DNA from: Nemertoderma westbladi
Taxonomy: Eukaryota; Animalia; Xenacoelomorpha
Length of the DNA: 39,893 nucleotides
Reading direction: 5' to 3'
Assembly (NCBI GenBank): GCA_032718475.1
Contig: JAUCBJ010001460.1
Span: 1 to 39,893 of the forward strand
Position numbers and translations under genes: made by a program. The notes beneath the pieces were generated by a model. That model was not told the origin of the DNA and made no database searches. It was given only the letters and a program-made list of their open reading frames with translations. Within the stretch, counting starts at the first letter, position 1; each line of letters begins with the position of its first letter. Shown here in pieces: positions 33,996-39,893 of the stretch.

Positions 33996-36900
33996 CTATT
34001 CTATAATGGGCGGCATATAAAGCTTAGGGGCTGGCGCTTTACGATCCAAATGTGTTTTATAATGGCCGTAAGGTAGACTTTCATTAGTCGATGTGTAGTA
34101 CCTTTTATCTTCCCACAGTGTTAGCGATTTTTTTCTTTGTGAAACGGTGTATATTTTATGTAAATTAGATTGAAACCTTTGACTGTATTCGTAATGCTCG
34201 CTAACCTCGTTATATACTTTTAAATATGATTCGTGGGAGAGTTTCTTTTTTATAACCATTTTTCCTACGCCTTTAGCGGCACGTTTTGGAACTGACCCCC
34301 CACGAAAGCTATAACATTTTGGTCTAAGTAAAATAACCTGGTCAAACGGGATAGACTTCCCTTCATCCTTTAAATATCTATATTTCCCTTTCTGTTCTAC
34401 TGTATACAACGGATGCGTAATAGGGTAATTTGAACAGTCTAAAACTTTTTTTGATTGTAACGCAGATAAAAATTGGTGTTGGGATAAACCAACACACTGT
34501 AAAAAAAAAGAATCCGTGTCCCCACCTAACAAATTTATACTACAATTTAATTCGGCTTCCATGGGCTTTAACTTATCGTAGAAAAAAGTGTAGTAATCTA
34601 ACTTTGACAAGTCCAACACAGCTTGGCCTAAAAAAATAGGTTTATGCAAACAAACCGCAGTCTTAGATAGGACGTGACCTGATAATGAATCAGTGAACAT
34701 AATTAAATTTTCGTGATTCGGCTTGGATAATAATAAGTCACATTTCTCGATTGAATTACATAAGCGAAATGAGACACGGTCCCGTATATTCTCCATGCTT
34801 TTCCCGAAAAGCGCGTTATTTGTTCCTTTGTGAAACTTATCATAAAAGTCATTGCGCGCAATTTTTCTTTGCTGCGTGTTATATTCAATAAAATCCTTAA
34901 AAATGTAACCTTGCTTAAATCTAATAAGTTTATGAACTTTAATCAAACGCATACCATGATGAATATAAAAGCGCAATAATTTTAGATGCACACCGTACTC
35001 ATACTTATCAAATTGGGTTAACATCAATTTTTTTGCTGGGCTATTGAAAATTTTATCGCCATTATAATGTCGCCAAAGACTTTTCATGTGTGGGCTGAGA
35101 TACCTACTATCGAGTTTAATATGCTCCGGTGCAAATGGAAGCTCAGCTGTGGCATCATGAATAGTCATTGGGTATTCGAGGTCTACAATTGCGAAGTATC
35201 CATATATATCGTCAATTTCCAGACTCATGATATCGACACTATCAACATCCAACCATTCAAAGTCAGAATAAGGAAGTTTCTCCGACAAAGAACCGCTATA
35301 TAAACTGTTGAAATCTAAATTATATAAATGAGCTTCAGGTTTATTAGGGTCGTATGTTTCTGTGCCTGGTATATTCGCATTTGCCATATGAAGGTTGGTG
35401 TAAGAAACTCCACCCCTAATGGAATTTTCGAATGTTAAATACATTTCATGGTCTGCAAGTAGACGAATATGTGACTTGGAAAATCTCAAAGCCGCGTCCC
35501 AACTAACCCCTGCCATCGTGTAATAGTTCGACACCTCAAGCGAATAATGTTTAGTACAATATGCGCGAAAATTTTCAAAAATATCGGCTAGCAGCAAAAC
35601 GTCAAGATGTAAGTAAGCTTCCAAATAATCAAAAAGTGTCTTACATTGAAATTGCTCCCACGAAAGATGTGCAAATGTATATTCTTCAGGGCTAATAGAT
35701 GATAATGTTAATTCACTGTAAAACTCTTTTGGATGTGGTAATTTAGTATCCTCCAATTTACTTAAGGAATCGACATATTCGTAAGGAAAAACTGACTTAC
35801 GACGTAAAATTTCGTCGGTAACATTTGGATATAATTTTCTCATTTGCTTCACGGTGTGCGGAATAACGGTTGTTAAATCTGACACATCTTTTGTCAAAAA
35901 CCCAGCCAAAGCAGAAAGGGAAAATCCCATAAACGCGAATGAATCAATAAACTGTATAGTTATTGATTTGCTGGTTGGGAGCCCTCTTACGTCCTTTTCT
36001 GGAATAGCATAACCAAGCACGCTAAGTGCTTCTGACGTTGGAATATCGATGCGGAGTGAGATATATCTTTCAGTATTTTTTGCAATGGTTTCAATGTTCC
36101 AATTTTTATATTTACTACCGGCAAACCCTTTTTGTAAAATTAAATGTGAATCATAAAAAAAAAAATTATGACAGACAACTGGGAATAGGTGACGTTTAAC
36201 GCTTAATTGTTTATTACAGGAAATACACGCCGCACCAATGAAAGCCCCATTGTAATGGTTGTGATGCATCACACTTGGATTTATATCTTTCCGAAAAAAT
36301 GATTTACAATTAAAGCAATTTGTGGTACGCATATAAGCTTGGTATTGTGTGTGATCCAGGTGTTTGGGGTGGTGTGTGTTAAAGGTAGACCATTCATAAC
36401 ACTTAAATAAATCAAAAACCAGACTATCGATAAAATTCTGTACCGAGTTATTATCGATATTTTGTCTAAATGTAGACAAAAAATAATTTGGGGGGTTAAT
36501 TAATTCACCGTTGGAGACAATCAAATATGAAACAGCCGACGGGAGATGTTCGGCTATATAATATTTTTTTACATTATTTGTTGGGGCTAGTACCACTTCG
36601 AAATCCATATATACTATGAAAGGTGTGCTCACAGACTTATAGTAATTAGTAAAGCGTAAATTCAGTTTAGATGGCATCTCCTCTATTTGGCGCCTGCCTT
36701 GCCAACACCACAATCTATGGCGTTCTAACGCATTTGGACTCTAGAAACCGCGAATACACCGCTCACAATGATGACAATGATACTCGCTATTGCCTTCCCC
36801 ACGACCATTAAATAATCTATTTAAGTTAGAAACCCCGACGATGTGATTTGTTGAGGTTAAATTTTGACGTTCAATAAGCAATAAATTTAGCAATCTTTTA

Positions 36901-38066
36901 CCTTGAGCTTTTTTAGCACTTGGTTGTCGTAGAAAGGAAATTTGTTCACTACTTCTATCAAAATACAATAAATTTATTAAATAATTTGGATTATTTTTTT
37001 CAAACTTTAGAATATTTAGTTTCCATGATAGGGTAGAGTCTAATTCGCTTAAATTAAAAAACCCTAAATACTGATTATAAGAACTTTGGCGTGAAACATG
37101 GCGCAGTGTGTGATCATCCGATATATGTTTTGAAAATTTTGCTGTCAGGACCGCCCACTTAAAACATTCACCTTCATTACACGGTACATTTATTACACAA
37201 TGTTTATTTTTTAATTTCGTTGGGATTGATTGGTTGGCATCGCCGCTATGTCCAAAACGATATGCCAATCGCAAGTATGACGCAATAGTAAGTTTGATGC
37301 ACGATAGAGTTACAAGTTTCCAGCCGCTACCCCGCCTAATAAATTGTGATATTTTTTCACCGATATGGGAAATGACTGCGTAGTACCATTCGTCAAAATC
37401 CGGGCTATTTTCAATATAATTATCTGTACCGATCGAAGTAAAATGGAATTCTTCTTGTAGAGTATAATTAGCATCATCGCGTTCCATTATCACCGAAGCA
37501 ATTAACCACACTTTATAAAACATATCAATAAAAGCCGATGCCGTCGTGTTAAAAGCACGTGAAGCATATAACCCCATATAATTTAAATAATTCGGCACAT
37601 CTGGATACATCTCATTAGATGACACATTATGGGTATATTCCTGAACGCGGGATTCGTGGCATGTTGTTGAGAGATGAAAACCTTCGTTGGATGTATCTGA
37701 GCTGTTTGTGATGCTTACAGGCATACCAACGTTGAGATCCGGTTGAAATGTCGGTTCTGATTGTTTTTGGTTATGTTTGCGTTTGCGGGAATTGTAGTGG
37801 TTTTGATGGCAACTATGTTCGATATATGAATCGAAGTTTTCAAAATCATCAGAGCATGTCGGGCAGGATAGCGTGTAACCGCAGTAGGTGTAATTCGGAC
37901 GAGACAACCCGCAACATCTATTACTGTGAAATATTGCTATTCTTTCAGAAGTAGTTCGGCAATTACAATTATCGCAAACATACCCATCGAAATGTGTGCG
38001 TAAATGCCGTAAATAATTTTTCTTAAGTATAGTACAACCGCAAAAAACGCAATTAATCTCCATCAT
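33996..38066 (-). pseudogene. polB: Protein-primed family B DNA polymerase with a single in-frame TAG at 36741-36743
   Basis: ORFs 36741-38180 and 33996-36713 are in the same frame. N-terminal C2H2 fingers, GSGW, ECFKWAVL, Exo motifs DFE/HN..YD/YL..DV, endonuclease-VII-like MHHNH.NG...GAAC..CN, Pol motifs DFNSLY, K..NNALFGK, GDTDS, LRPKCY, AKGV, DKR. Confidence 0.95.
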
Positions 38067-38250
38067 TATAATTATTATTATTACGATTATAATATATTTA
38101 TTAACGTAGGTACAGAAAACATATTTACAATATGCCGATGAAAGAGATGCGGCAGATTTTATGTAGATAAATATATCCAATACCCAGTCAACCAGCCACC
38201 CACGCTAGAAACCGTTTAACCAACCAAAATTTACTGAACTGACATTATCC

Positions 38251-38258
38251 TATTTATA
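38251..38258 (-). promoter_or_regulatory. TATA box (TATAAATA) upstream of pPolB
   Basis: Perfect TATAAATA on the minus strand in the short intergenic gap, with TCAGT motifs just downstream. Confidence 0.5.
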
Positions 38259-38359
38259 TGCTCTATTAACTATGTTGTATAATCGCGTGTAAGAGTATTG
38301 AAATAGTATTGACATGTGTCACCACCCGAGTTTGGTGTTATGCGTTTAATGTCACATAT

Positions 38360-38992
38360 TTAATATGCGCGGTAAAATGCCGAATTAATCTCTTCCCCAT
38401 ACGGCGTTAAATTCGTCGGTAAAACCCCAAAATAATCATCCGAATAAATATTAGAAACGTAGAGTATTGCCGCATTACATTGTTGGCATATAAGCTGGCA
38501 TATTTTATCACCGGATGTTACAACGTATTCCTTAGATGTGTTGTTAATCAATATAATTACAAGTTGATCTATATTACCGCACGCGACGCTGGAATCGACC
38601 GCACATTCTGCAACATCAATGCCAATTTTTGCCAAGCTAAAAGTCGGTGTAATTCTTCCAAAATAATTGACGGGTAAATATATTTTAACACCCGTCTCAA
38701 TTAACATCCGTGAGTGTGGCTCTATTGTTCTATTCACGGCGCTATATATGTCAATCCCAGCTGGGCTATATGAACCGCATACAGGTGCCCGAGCTGCCGG
38801 GCTTAACAATTCAATTTTAATCGGAATAATTGAATTAGGACCGCGGTAACTATTTTCAGCTTGTATTATTGGAAACATTTTTTTATTATGGCGTATTTTA
38901 CCTAAAAAAAGTCCTAAAAGAAAGGTAACAATGAATAATATATTTGAAAAAATGATCTTATCTATAGACTCAAGCTGCCCCAGTATTGTCAT
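38360..38992 (-). CDS. dUTPase-like protein with degenerate active-site motifs and N-terminal hydrophobic helix
   Basis: AGIDIYSA, LIETGVKIYLP...GRITP, GDKICQLI; motif II RS, motif III DxDY and motif V are missing. Confidence 0.85.
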   Translation of the reverse strand: MTILGQLESIDKIIFSNILFIVTFLLGLFLGKIRHNKKMFPIIQAENSYRGPNSIIPIKIELLSPAARAPVCGSYSPAGIDIYSAVNRTIEPHSRMLIETGVKIYLPVNYFGRITPTFSLAKIGIDVAECAVDSSVACGNIDQLVIILINNTSKEYVVTSGDKICQLICQQCNAAILYVSNIYSDDYFGVLPTNLTPYGEEINSAFYRAY

Positions 38993-39026
38993 GTTGCTTA
39001 ATCAATAATATTTTGACCAATGGGTA

Positions 39027-39034
39027 TATTTATA
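39027..39034 (-). promoter_or_regulatory. TATA box (TATAAATA) upstream of the dUTPase-like gene
   Basis: Begins 42 nt upstream of the ATG at 38992. Confidence 0.55.
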
Positions 39035-39452
39035 ATGGGTGTGTCTTTAAAACGCCGCTCGCGCGCCGCAATAGTTCGTTTTTAGTAAATGTGATTACAG
39101 AAAAATATCTGTCGTGAGAGAAAGTTTGTGATCCCGACATTAAATTAAATTCGCTCATGCTTAAAATTATGAAACTTCTAAGAAGCTACACAGTTAATAC
39201 AGTTGACGTCAATCAATTTAACCGTGAGTAATATTCTGTAGAAATTCGGGGGTGTGTCTATAGAAATTTATATCGGCCGCATTAATCGCCGCTGCAAAGC
39301 TGTCACCACTTACGTCAACCAATTTAAGCGTAAATAAATATTTCCCTTGAAATTTATAGGAAGTTTTTCAAAAAAATTCTCTCACGACAATAGCGATTAA
39401 TCCGGTTGAGTGGTTAAAATATACCCGTTTTCCCGATAGCCCATCATTATAT

Positions 39453-39460
39453 TATAAATA
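39453..39460 (+). promoter_or_regulatory. TATA box (TATAAATA) with Inr-like TCATTC 30 nt downstream, for the PC4-like gene
   Basis: TATAAATA at 39453, TCATTC at 39483, ATG at 39585. Confidence 0.55.
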
Positions 39461-39584
39461 CGTCGTAAAATACTTTATTTTGTCATTCAGATTAATTCAT
39501 TCATTATCATATTTTTCGCACATTGTATAGCGCGATATTATTGTAATTTTACACTTAATTATTAATATTTCGCAAAATTTGTTG

Positions 39585-39893
39585 ATGGAATCTGTGAAAC
39601 CATCACAACCAAAAATGATGTCATTAAGCGGTAGCTCTACTGATAGTGCGCCCGCCCCATACGTATCGGTGATTACAGGTAAGAGTGTGTGGGGCCTCGA
39701 GTGTTTGGGGGAAGGAATAGAAATAAAAGCATTTAACGGGAAATACGTTCGATTCAACCGTTGGGGTGATACCAAAGGACGCAACGTCGTACAAGAATCG
39801 GTAAGTCTTACTTACCAGAACATAAGATTCCTGTTTGACTTCCTCAATTATAATAAAATAGCCGTTGAATATTACAAGGAATACACCCGAGGC
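39585..39893 (+). CDS. PC4/Sub1-like ssDNA-binding or coactivator protein, partial (runs off window; not in ORF track)
   Basis: 103 stop-free codons: MESVKP...LGEGIEIKAFNGKYVRFNRWGDTKGRNVVQESVSLTYQNIRFLFDFL..., resembling the PC4 pattern FKGK..IDIR......KGISL..EQW..L. Confidence 0.55.
   Translation, partial: MESVKPSQPKMMSLSGSSTDSAPAPYVSVITGKSVWGLECLGEGIEIKAFNGKYVRFNRWGDTKGRNVVQESVSLTYQNIRFLFDFLNYNKIAVEYYKEYTRG

Larger units (their letters stand above)
28437..39893 (-). mobile_element. Polinton/Maverick (adintovirus-like endogenous dsDNA virus), partial
   Basis: Compact, apparently intronless cluster of pPolB, packaging ATPase, rve integrase and pentons; left end broken at a poly-G tract; continues past the right window edge. 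Confidence 0.95.

Noticed and set aside
38067-38180. N-terminal extension of pPolB from the TTG start given in the track
   Set aside because: Low-complexity AT-rich sequence (IIIVIIIII); the ATG at 38066 just before the first Zn finger is more plausible.
29408-38849. Short antisense or alternate-frame ORFs within Polinton genes
   Set aside because: Shadow ORFs without motifs, overlapping well-supported genes.
39497-39784. Minus-strand 95-aa ORF from the track
   Set aside because: Non-ATG start, and antisense to the better-supported plus-strand ORF with TATA/Inr.
39826-39862. Resemblance to the 405-440 repeat (CCTGTTT...CCTCAATTA.TAAAATA) as a Polinton TIR
   Set aside because: Short, AT-rich, gapped and inside a coding frame; likely chance. 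No Polinton terminus is visible in the window.

Overview
Eukaryotic (probably invertebrate animal) repeat-rich DNA with no recognisable housekeeping gene. The right ~11.5 kb (about 28437 to the window end) is an endogenous Polinton/Maverick (adintovirus-like) element. Its minus-strand genes are a dUTPase-like protein, a protein-primed PolB broken by one in-frame TAG, a TBP-like protein, a small basic protein, a packaging ATPase, a conserved hypothetical protein, a retroviral-type integrase and two tandem penton/minor-capsid paralogs. A divergent plus-strand PC4-like ORF runs off the window and is absent from the ORF track. No major capsid or adenain protease gene is present; the element breaks off at a poly-G tract. 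The left ~28 kb holds degraded transposons (CR1/L2-like LINEs, Sola1, pogo/Tigger-like, Transib, Chapaev3, hATm-like, Sola2-like), 30-bp and 102-bp tandem arrays, and four copies of an unannotated gene family that looks like a two-OB-fold, Zn-finger RPA70-like protein. The most notable signals are a possible element-encoded transcription module (TBP-like, PC4-like, repeated TATAAATA promoters), a catalytically degenerate dUTPase with a possible membrane anchor, and the OB-fold-like family. All family assignments come from recognising motifs by eye, not from database searches.
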